Positions 12,603 through 23,600 of a DNA stretch of 35,964 nucleotides are shown here, one piece after another. Origin of the DNA: Bigelowiella natans CCMP2755. Its lineage: Eukaryota; Protista; Cercozoa. The notes beneath the pieces are model-generated. The model saw only the letters and a program-made list of their open reading frames with translations, searched no databases and had not been told where the DNA came from. Position 1 is the first letter of the stretch. Every line of letters starts with the position of its first letter. The stretch spans positions 1 through 35,964 of the forward strand of contig ADNK01002768.1 in assembly GCA_000320545.1 (NCBI GenBank), written 5' to 3'. The position numbers were made by a program, and so were the translations under genes.

Positions 12603-12646
<44 letters not shown>

Positions 12647-13241
12647 TTTTGTGTGTGTGTTTGTATTTTTGTTGCGAATTAAGACTCTCAGCAGTCTCGT
12701 TATGATTATGGCGATGATGAATGATGAAGATGGCGTGAGGTCGATTACATATGTTCATGTTCAAAAAGCTGACAACACCCCTTGGCGCCCATTCGCAGCT
12801 TCAGAAGGCGCACTCAGGTGGCAATCTCGTAACATGGACTCCGTTTTTCTGATGGTTTACATACTCGTCACCGAATTAATAAAGAAGAGAAAAAAAGAGA
12901 GCCGCCTGAGGCCGAATTCCACACTCCGTCAAAGGCTTATAACATGCAAATTTGCTTTAGGATCTCTTCATTCAATGGTGAGGGACTGGGAGGCCACGCG
13001 CACTCGTTTAATGAAGGAGACCCACTGGGGCTCAAAGGTTTGTGTGTTAAATATTGAAGTGAAGCACCATGTAAAACCTAAGAAACAAGTAAATGCCACA
13101 CTCGTCTCTTAAGAACACGTGCATGTGCCTATTGGTCGCTTTACGAAACTCCAGGATTTTTTTAGCCCCAGTCTGTTCGATATTTTGTCGATATATAATT
13201 TGTAACAGATTAAGGAATGGGAGGCTGCAGAGTGTGAATGA
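10255..13241 (+). CDS. PAPS-dependent sulfotransferase, NodH/Stf0-like, with signal peptide or anchor
   Basis: Leader MAPLFLLALLLAPARG, then 5'-PSB loop FFLLATPRSGSSWL (TPRSGSSW at 10387-10410) and VGFKWM (GFKWM at 10967-10981). Downstream: NVKVVAL|DRDNLLRKCYS (3'-PB R...S motif, exon from 11338), VKYS|SLCFNPKQELDGIQQFLN, LQKAHS|GSLHSMVRDWEATRTRLMKETHW, and last exon 13209-13241 IKEWEAAECE*. Some internal exons are uncertain. Confidence 0.85.
12605..12660. repeat. (CT)n/(GT)n microsatellite
   Basis: Directly visible in a sulfotransferase intron. Confidence 0.9.
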
Positions 13242-13499
13242 TACACCTAGACGGTGTCATCCCGCGACGCATTCGTTCTGCTGCTACAATATCCGAGAAT
13301 ATTGACATTGAAATTTATCACAAAATGTAATGACTACCTGGTTGATGCAGCCTAGCAGCGTCGCTCGTTCATTGCTACCAGTAATCCAATAATATGAATC
13401 GTAGATGATTCGGATTCTTCTCTGCTGCATACATGCACTACCTTGTATGTCATAGTGCATGTGCATAGCATCACTGTAGCATGGACGACAAGATAAAAA

Positions 13500-14600
13500 C
13501 ATCCTTTCTAGCTACTCTAGCACGATGTAGCCTGCCACTATCCAAATGATTACCGATTTTGCGTGAACAATGAGCACGTTTTGCTGGGTACGGGCATCTC
13601 TGGAACTAGTTAGAGATGTTCACATGTGTCTAGTGATGCATTGCTACGTTTCGAATGTGCCAATCTAGCACTTGATGACTCCACCGCGGTGACATTGAGT
13701 GTGCTAGAGTGGATGGAATGGAATGATTGTGGCTGAAACCGGTAGATCTAGTAGATGTAGCTAGGCAGTTGCGCAACTACGTGGCACACTCTAGCACTTG
13801 CACAACTGTGTCAAGTGTGTAACGAATGGCATGAATTTTCAATTGAGAGTCATTGAGTGCACATTTGCGCGTTCATGTGCGCCCAGGTGCATGCTTTTTG
13901 CGTGCGTGTGCTGAAACTTCGCACGTCCATGAAGCCAGTGTGCACACACCCTCATGAGCTTGCAAAACTTGCTAGCTTGTGGCACGCAAATGCAAATGCG
14001 CTAGCGTGTTCAAAAGTGGCAAGAATTTTTCAATTTTCGCCCGCTGGCAGGCGTTGAAAAATGAGGTTTTCAAGCTGAAATTCGAAAAAAAAATCAAATT
14101 TGAACCTCAAACAGCTAGACAGGCTCCAGTGTGCTTCCAATGTCCAATTGCAACGATTGAGCGCGCCAGGCTGCACGCGCAAAGCACAGTTTGTTCAAAA
14201 CCCACTCGTCACCGGGATTGACACAGTTGTGTGCAATGCTGGAATGTTGGAGTCTTGTGGCCCTTCCCCCACCGCCTTCCCTGCAATTGCCAAACTGGCA
14301 AATTGGGCCAGCTAGCCAGTCAGCAGTCTTGTCCAGTTGTGGTGGAAGCTGGCTAGCTGGGCTCCAGGGCTGGTGATTGTTTCCAAGGTGGATTGATGAT
14401 CCATCACTGGATCAGAATTTTGTCATCAGACACACTCATCTAGTCATCGACGACAAGGACCACGCATGTGTTGCAAATTGCTGATTATCAGCAGTCAAGT
14501 GATGTGCTGAGCTACCCTGACACCTGCACACGCACACACGCACGAGCACTGAGCTCAAATTCTAGTTTTCTGCCACACGAAGGCACAGCTAGACCGTTCT
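13500..14600. other. TpA-depleted, CTAG/TGCA/CATG-rich intergenic block (probable decayed repeat)
   Basis: By manual count, 13822-14485 (664 bp) has only 6 TA dinucleotides, all within CTAG. CpG is retained and there is no credible ORF. Confidence 0.8.
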
Positions 14601-14767
14601 GAATGTTGTCACGAAATGCCAAGTTGTCTCAAACATGCCTACACGTGCGAGCCATTTGCCTTAAATCGATTTCATGACGCCAAAAAACAAACTTCACAAC
14701 TGTTGAGCAAGACGGAATCTCAAAAGCCTTTTTTAGATGCAACAGAGGCGCGGAACCTCGATCATGT

Positions 14768-16215
14768 TCAAGCACTGATGAAAGTGTTGAGTCTGGTTGG
14801 TGTAGGAATGAGATTCGGTCTGCTCTCATTGACATAACTGTGTGTTGCTGTGTTGTTCTTGTCATCAGAAATTATGAAAATTGATCTCGGAGAGAGTTGA
14901 TGAATTTTTGTTGGCTTGCGTTTTGGTATGATTTCATCATTTCGTAGGCCTCCTTTAGAGGGGCATAAAACTTTCCAAAAGCACATCCAAGTCGACAAAA
15001 AAGGTTCAAATCGAACATGCGCATAATACTGACAAAACAGATACAACATCATCACCATGTAGAAAAAAGCATCTTCAAAAGGATCATATGTAATAGAGGC
15101 ATTATTTCTTGATTCAGAAAATGACGTGTCTTGGCTAGCTTCTGAGATGGACACTATGACAAGAGCCGATGTAAATGAAACCATGAATGGAAGCAATAGA
15201 TATAAAAACACAAGTAAGATTCTAAGTTTCATTATGATGTTCTTCATAGAGCGATAGCGTGTTTGTTCCCTCGGTGTCATTAAGCTTGTCCTCTGTGATT
15301 GCTCTGAATGCATTCTCATGACTTGTGAGCGCAGTTGTTTCAAAGGAACGATGATGACAGTAAGACTCAATGCTGCAAGAGCAGCGACAATGAATAATCC
15401 AGCCTGGAATTCAAGCTTGTTTTCATAGAGCAATATTGCTACCTAAGTATTTTTAATAACATGAGAATGAAAACTTGAAGTGCCTAAGAACACCTACCAC
15501 CTACCCCAACAAGATTTAAGATAAAAATTCCAATTGCCCAGGCACAAAGTGAAGAACTTAGCCATCTCGGTATTCTTGCCTCTAGCTTTACTCGCGCAAA
15601 AGAGTTCACAACAAGAAGATACCTAAACATAGGAAAAATCGGTTGCGAAGGCTACAATGGGAGCGTAATTGTTACATGACAATGAATCCAATAATGTATC
15701 CTATGCTCTGAAAAAAGAGGAATTGTTACTCATGCACAAAAAACCATTCCATAATATTATATCTGAACTGCCATCCCTCCGTAACAGACTATGCCAACGT
15801 ATTGCCAGCCTACAGCCATTATTGTCACAACTTTTACACGAAGCATTAAAGGGCTCGACAACTTTGCATATATTTTGAATTTTTGTGAACATGCGTAAAG
15901 ACATACATGATGACCTCGCGTACCAAGATATAGAGGTTCATGGATGCCCTAAAATGTTATGTTTTCAAAATCGATTGAGAGCGTGTGAGAATATAATCCT
16001 TTTAGTATCGATGCTGTTCATGAAAGTTTCTGACCAATACAGAAGCAATGTAAAATGCTCCAAAAGCGAGATTTCCCCTGAACACATCATCAATTGCTAT
16101 GAGTTGAGAAGTTGACATGATTGGGTTATTTGAATGCCCTAAATGCTTGCTATGAGGAAACTTTGTGCGTCAAACCATTGCAAAGGTCGTTTAACGCTGT
16201 TTCTATTAACGGCAT
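14768..16215 (-). CDS. Seven-transmembrane, GPCR-like membrane protein
   Basis: Spliced model: MPLIETALNDLCNGLTHK|QLMMCSGEISLLEHFTLLLY|WASMNLYILVRE|LSSPLMLRVKVVTIMAVGWQYVGIVCYGGMA|SIGYIIGFIV|MYLLVVNSFARVKLEARIPRWLSSSLCAWAIGIFILNLVG|VAILLYENKLEFQAGLFIVAALAALSLTVIIVPLKQLR...KLRILLVFLYLLLPFMVSFTSALVIVSI...AFFYMVMMLYLFCQYYA...tail. This gives seven hydrophobic segments, a long basic loop between segments 5 and 6, and a hydrophilic C-tail. The start codon is tentative and no family-defining GPCR motif was recognised. Confidence 0.7.
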
Positions 16216-16539
16216 ATAATATTTGTAGAATGCAGTATGTCTGTAATATAACAAAAAACTAATTTTTAGCGCAAATTTCGACTCATGAATGCGTCTGTGT
16301 TTCGTCGAGTTGTTCGCCGCCTGTGCCATCACAAGGCGTTCAGAATGTGTAATGACCTCTTGAATCAAGGCAAATCCAACCCTGATCGAATCTAAAGGAA
16401 ACGCAACTCAACTTGGATCAGTCACTCGATTCAAAACTGGAGACATGGACATTCGCCAATTCACCAACCTGTGACCAGCCATGGTGAAGTCATCATTTCT
16501 GCGTGACATTTTCGTGCCAAACACGGCGGTTTATCAGAA

Positions 16540-16916
16540 TGCGACATCACTATGTTGCATGAAACTGGATCGGATTTGAAATCCGATCTGTTACTTCCAC
16601 GTTCTCCCCGCTTGTCCTCGAACATGTTCATCACTGTACACGTGGCGGCAACTTCAAACACGTGTCGCAAATACCAGACGCCCTCATTGTGGGTGCGCGC
16701 TCACTCGGCATGACCGCCTTCAGTCCTCCAGTGATTTGAGGACGCTGACTGAACCTTGCACATTTTTTGCGACATTGAATTTTTGTTGTCGCAAAGTGAA
16801 GTATTCGACCTTTTCTTCGTCCCTTCTTGCAATCTGGAGGACTGCGATTTGTCGCTCAGCAAACAGTGCTTCAATTGGCGCATTTTGGGAACGCGACTAC
16901 AATGCGACATGCGACA
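16540..16916. promoter_or_regulatory. Cluster of TGCGACA motifs in the divergent intergenic region (putative cis-element)
   Basis: Exact TGCGACA/TGTCGCA at 16540, 16663, 16768, 16787, 16903 and 16910. 16766-16795 is an inverted pair TTTGCGACA-N12-TGTCGCAAA. A regulatory role is inferred only. Confidence 0.45.
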
Positions 16917-17640
16917 CCAGCTGGTGTTTCAAACTTGATTATGCCAAAAACCATCCACGTGTTTTTAAGAGCAAATGAGACTTCATAGCTCTTCCTGAAT
17001 TTAGCTCGGGGTCCCAAAAATGAGGTCGTACACGGACAGTCACGAAAAATGGCCGTCGTTTTGTCGGATTTGTGGTTAATTACAGAGCAAGCCGCATCTC
17101 ACAGCAAGGAGGTGGTGTGGTTGTAAGAGATTTCTTTATGACAAAGCTGGTCAGACTGCTGTGCGTGTGCCTTGAATTGTGCGTACATGTCGTAGAAAGC
17201 GTGGATGAACATGAATCTAGGCGATATTTGACAAATTGTCAGCGTGCTCGCACGTATTTAGTCAAAAACCGCATGAGGTTGGTGTTCAATGGGCTGTGGA
17301 GAGCTCAAGGCCATTCAAACATGAAAGGGACGTTAGGTCATCTCGACCATGTGACGTGCAGTAAAGCTGTAGAGTAGCCTCGAGGTTCTTCGTTTGACAA
17401 ACAACGTACGTTCAAAAGCCAGTAAGAAACTCCTGCGTGAGCAGAGGATCCAAATTAGCATGTCCACACCGATGATTGACAAATGTAATCATTCAATGAA
17501 GATGCACATAGTTCATCGAATGTGCACAGACTAGATCACATTTGGTTGTTCCGAAACGGAATAATTTGATTGAGTACATTTAATCAACGCCACTTAATAG
17601 TATTAATTCAATTTTAATTGGAACTCTCTTACATTGTAGG

Positions 17641-20600
17641 ATGAAGCAAGAGAATTCAAAAGACTTTGATGAGGATGAAAAGGCCGGAACCTCAGAAATG
17701 CAGCAAGATCGCGCCGTAGTTTCAAATCCAGAAATAAGTCGAGGAATGAGTACAAGCATCGCTGATTTCTCGATTCCAAGAAGCGACGGAGATTCGAAAA
17801 GGTCCTAGTTTCTCAAATGATAGTATGTAAACCTAACAGTATTCGCCTACTGATTACAATCCTATTACGTTACAAGAACTCATTCTCTTTTATAGCCCAA
17901 AATCGATGGACGAAGATGTATCTAATCCGCACATCATACGGCGTAATACAACAAGATTGGGGAGAACTAGGAGGATCGTTATATATCATAAAGATCTAAA
18001 AATTGCAAAACAAAAAGTCCCTAAACTGTATGAGGAAGTTATTAATAGGGTAGAAAAATGTAAAGAGCTGTGGAAGTCTAGTGCGAATTCCAGCAATTTT
18101 CCAGCAAAGTATCGCTGCTCGTGTGATACAGAGATACGATTTCAAAGAGCAAACAAAACTGCACATAGTACCTCGGATTTTGTACGCCATTTACTCAACT
18201 ATTGCCCAGAAATTACGTCAAACTATCAAGATGACATTGATACCGTTCGCAGTATGAAGCAAGCTAGAGGGTTATCTTCAGCTGCAGAGTTTGATAACGC
18301 CAGCCATGATAGTGGAAGTGGGATGTCCCTAGCTGCAGTTGAATCTTCGAGTCCTCTGAGTAGAGTAAATACGAACGGTTTCCATGAGGAAAATGGAGCG
18401 GGGGGTAGTGCAAAAAGGAAAAGATCTAAGTCAGGTTGGTCGGATTAAGTGTAAATCTTCAATCTGCAATAAGTTCTGACTTAATTCTGTTGAAAAGATT
18501 GTCTAGAATTGCTGCATCCTCACAATTCGCGAATCAATGCGTCCTTGTTCTTTGAGCCTTATGAAGAACGAAAGGATAACTTACACTGCAGTATGTTAAA
18601 AATCGGAGCTGCAAAGGGGTGGAAAGGAATAACAACAGGTGAATGCTATATATCCATTCTCCTTACCCCATTCTCTTACTTCAGCAATTTTGTATTTCAG
18701 ATGCCGAGGAGAAATTCCAAATGCAAACATCTGAGTAATATTCGTAAAATATGTAGTCTCCTGTTAGGTAATTATTTGTTTCGAAACAGTTCTCCAGCTG
18801 GAATTCTTCGGGTATTGATAGGCCAAAATAGTGGGTTTGTTTGCATGATTCAAGAACTATTCCGGATGGCTTATGCCCAAGCAACAACTGGCAAGGAAAG
18901 CTATGAGACTGATTTTACATTAAGGTCGATTACATAGATGACAATAAATGTGGATATTAATAAACCAAGTTACCTAATAGATTCTGGTTTGACGAAAATG
19001 TAATTAAGCAACAGCAAATTACAGTCTACATCAAAAAGGTGTAGGCGTGCATTGTTTTGAAACGAAACAGTTGATACATTAGTAAATTGGAAAAACATCA
19101 TCCATTTGAGGTTCTTATTTAGGAAAAAATCAAATCAATTATGAGTTTAAAACTTACAACTCCAGAGGACACAAAGGAGGAGATTGGCCAATCGGAAAGG
19201 TGTATTTGTCATCGTTGCAAGCTTGATTTAGCACATAAGTCTTTGTCTTTAGATTTGTGTGTCGAATGAAAATTCGTACGATTAAAATAAACGAGGAATT
19301 TTTCTGTATCAATGCTTCAGAAAAGAGCGTTCGAAGTACTTTTCCGATAAAATTGTACTATTCAAGAACGATTGTGACATAAACTTTATTTGCAGAGCAT
19401 GCAGATCTTTGTCACGTGGACCCTTTGGTCTATTATCTTCAATTATGTATGAAACGACAACTAATATATTTGAACATCAATGTAGGTAGTATTCGCAACC
19501 CACTGCTTGATTCTTAAGTTTTCATCCCAAATATCCTTATCAACTGACATAAAGAAGCAAGAGGATATTACTGAGGAGGAAAAGGTAGAATTTCATACAT
19601 CGGAATTGACGCAGAGAGAAACAAGTCTGGTTTTGCACAGTTAAGACTTGCTGTATTGGAATTCTTCCGTCGAATTTCAGAGGATTTTGAAGTCGAAGAA
19701 TATATCAAGTAGCAAAGACATTTTCTAACCTAAAATTGACTCCCTAGTCTTAATGACTCCGTAACATGTCCGTGTTTAAATCAGAGCATGGGAAAAAGAA
19801 TCATATGATAGAGCTCGAGTATATGCTGATGCGAAATCTATCGCTCCAGCGGTTAGATATCAACGTTCGAGTTGCATTAAGTTAACTTCCTGCTAATCAT
19901 CTAAGGTTGATGCCATGGAGGTTTTCGATGTTTTCTCTAAAGGTGGTTATTTTGTTTTGTAGCTAACATCCTAGACTTACAAGACTGTGTTATAGGGTAC
20001 AAAGGAGACATTAAAAACACAATCATTAAGCTGAGAAACAGTAACATACGTTTAACCAGCTTTTGGTTAGGTTCTAAATTTTGTGACTAACACTTAGGTA
20101 GTAGCACAGAGGAAGACAGTGACACTAAAAGATACCAAGTAATACTGATAAACAATCATTTTTACATACTTGACATCTTATGTGATATACAGAATAGAAG
20201 CCAAAAAACATTGGGGACTGAAGAGAACAAAGTGTCCGGTATTAGCCGTCGGTATATTCTGTAGAGCAGCATTTACTAAGTAGTTTGTTTAGGCGGGGCT
20301 AGCCTCTTAGAAATTTCAGGCATGCTATTTAAACGAAACACCCAGGTGAAGCAATGCTAGACATCTTGATTCAAATTTTCAACCAAAAGTGTATGTCAGA
20401 ACATAATCATTTCTCGCTGGACAAAGAAATATGCGACGCTTACTTCAGAATACTTTGCTTATTGCGGTTGAATCATCTCTAAGTAGACCCTTTATACTTT
20501 TAATCTGATTCTTTGTACATCTAGCAGAAGGGGATTGGCATGAATTTCCCCAGTTTTTCTTAGATGTTGAAGATGTAAAGGAGGTAACCATTTTTATTCA

Positions 20601-23600
20601 AATGAAAATCTAAAGTTTATGTTATGCAAGTTCGACATCTAATAATATAGGCACAATATGATCCTTCTAGACCAATGGTCTTTAATCTTATTACAGCTAA
20701 GCAAATGTAAAACTCCATCAGTATGCATCTATCTCATTAGTTTTAAGAGTAAATTTTTTGTAGGTATCAATTCAAAGCAATAGATACAACGACAGCATTA
20801 AAATGGGTACAGACTTTTGATCTCATCGTTAAGACACGGGCACACATGCAGGTATCTACGATGTCATTTTTGTCATCGTTCTTAGTATCACAAGTATTAG
20901 ATGGTTATTTCTAAAAGGATACTGGGGATTACGATGAGCTTTGTAGTAAGGCCGAGAAGTTTCAAAGTTATAAATACGAAATTGTACCATGTGCAGCTGA
21001 TTTAAGGTCGGATCCTCTGGGAACTATCCAGTCATTTTCCTCCCATAGACAGGCCAAGCAACACAGGAGGCAAGAGAGTATATCAGCCTCATCTCAAAAC
21101 TCCCCAGCCCCTCATAATACCCCAAGAGCAAGTTGTTCCATACATGTCATTCAAGAGTTCTCAAACTTTATGGAGAAGGATCCTAGCCTAAAATCGAAGG
21201 TATTTTTGTAAATTCATGAATCTATACGCATTTAAACTTCACTATCAATGATCCAGAGTCACCTCTTCGTTCTCGCAGGTGAAGCAGCTCTGTAATGATG
21301 ATCTACAGATATTACTACTTTTCCTCGAAGTCCTTCACCGTACCGAACCTTTTCGAAAAAGTTCAGTTCGTCAAAAGGCTGCACTTTCCAGATCTACAGC
21401 TACATTGCAGAATAAATCCTTAAGCAAGCAAAACCCCCTTTCAATTCCCGGGCAGCAACATTCTGACTATGAGAGTGATGCAACCTTTCAAAATGCGTTA
21501 CTTAATCCGATTGGAATTCCAAGGGACACTAAATTACATTCTTCAAGTTCCAATCTTCGCCCTAACCTGTTAACGTGTTTACCAGAGAAGTCTACTTCAA
21601 CAGATCGGTCTACTGTTCCAGCTCAAATTAAGAAGTCTATTTCGACAGATTTGTCGACTGTAGGTGGACTTCCGCAGGCAAAAAAATCTATTTTATCGCG
21701 CTTCAGTGTCCAAGAAATTGCACATATTTATTCCTACCTTCGGAACACAGAGGATACGAAAGCAGGAATTTCAAATAGAAAAACTGTAGCTGATGCAGAA
21801 AATATTCAGACTAAAGGGCTTTTGTCAAATTTTTCAATTAGATTGAATCTCTTGCGTAATGTCAAGCAACTATTAATGGTACAAATGCTCTTTTTCTCCC
21901 ATTCGAAAATTGTGTTCTAACACTGATAAAACTTGATAGGAGGAACGATATTGTAAATCTCTCCATGAAGGCCCCGTATGCTGGCATGCCTGTATAATAT
22001 CTCATTTGTTTTATCGGGAGGAAGACGATTCAAAAACAGATGAAGAAGCGCATGATTTATCAACTCTTACCTTGGAAATACTGATCAATGCTCTTCTCTA
22101 TCCGGTACATAGCTTGATTCCTACAGGTGATGGAAAAATCAGAATGATGCATCTAAAAGATTTTTCGAGAAACCTTCGAGTTTCCGTTGCTCTCATATTG
22201 TCTGTAGCAACCAATGAGAAGGTAATCTTTACTGGATTTTACTTCATAGAGTGAAAATGACTATCTGTCTCTTTAGGGTATAAGAATTGTATCGGAATTT
22301 TTCGGTATGTTATTCTCTCGACTCTCCAAAGAGATACCCTGGATTGATCTTGCTCATACTTGGGACTGTATCAATCATACAATTGGGATCATCCTTACAA
22401 TGGTACTCCTCAGACCAATAAATGGAAATCTTGGCCTCCGTGACCCTCTTCAAGAGGACGTTATGAAAATAAACATACAGGATGAAAAGTATTTTGAAAA
22501 TACCGTTTTGTCCATAAATCTTCTCCCCTCAACACAGCATAACACTGCAAATACGAATACAAGATCTGATACTAGTAACAGTACTACAATCAATCCTGCA
22601 GTTGCAGCAATGATAGACGCAGCAAAGAGAGAGGCGGAGAGAGATGCTACGCTGCTTCATATTGTTGGGACCCCTTCTGATATTATACTGGAAAATCTTA
22701 TTAAACTTTGCTATAAGAATTCCGCAAGCTTTGAGAAAGATGAATTTGCTCTAGCATCTTGGTTTGACGAGAAAGGAAATAGAATGCATGTAGTGGAGAG
22801 CTATGTAAGAAAAGCCCAGAAATTACATAAGAGCGGAACCAAGCAATTCAATTATGGTTTAATTTGGAAGGATAAGCTTCGAAATCACATAAAACTCCTG
22901 CGAAAGATTCATGGTTTTTTAAAAGAACTTTCCTGCCAAGCTCTTCGCCAAATAGAGTCGTCCGATGGTGAGAAATATGACCTCTCTTCTAAGGAAAAAC
23001 GAATCCAATCTATGAACATGTTTTACTTACCATTTATTAGCGACACTATCGCATTGCTGAGTCTAATAGACAGTAGATTGTACGAGCCTCTGGATAAGAT
23101 GGGTAATATTGGTAGTTATATCCAACATTTTTGTAAGGAATTTGATCAAACGAAACGAGGGAAACTTTTCCGAGCGACCCAAAAAATAATGTTGAAGAGA
23201 GAAAGAGAGAATTCCACACGATTGGATAAAAAACTCATACAATTGAACCAAGATCGGAGAAAGATGTTTGAGATTTTACTAGTTGGGCCTGAACAGTCAG
23301 GAAAAAGTACAATTTATAAGCAGTTTGTTCATCTCCACGGTACAGGTTTTCGAGATCAAGAAAGATTAAAATATAGATCTCCTGTTTATCAAAATATTAT
23401 AGGATCACTACAAAATCTAATTCGTCACGCTTCTGATAGGATCGCAGAGCAAAAAGATTTGAACGAAAGTTGCCAATTAATCATGGAACAGAAAAAGCTT
23501 GTTTACATGACTTTGAAGCTCCGGAAAGCAATTCTAAGAGTTTGGAACTCCGAAGTTATTAAAAGCACATATGAAAAGCGGTCTGAATTCAAAGTTTGCC

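Noticed and set aside
13857-14376. Short Cys/His-rich ORFs in the TpA-depleted blocks (also 16461-17377 and 24473-25290)
   Set aside because: Loss of TA removes TAA/TAG stops and Tyr codons, which inflates spurious ORFs. No recognisable domains.
13822-14485. CpG-methylation decay or classical RIP as the cause of the TG/CA excess
   Set aside because: CpG is still common here, and RIP would increase TpA rather than remove it.
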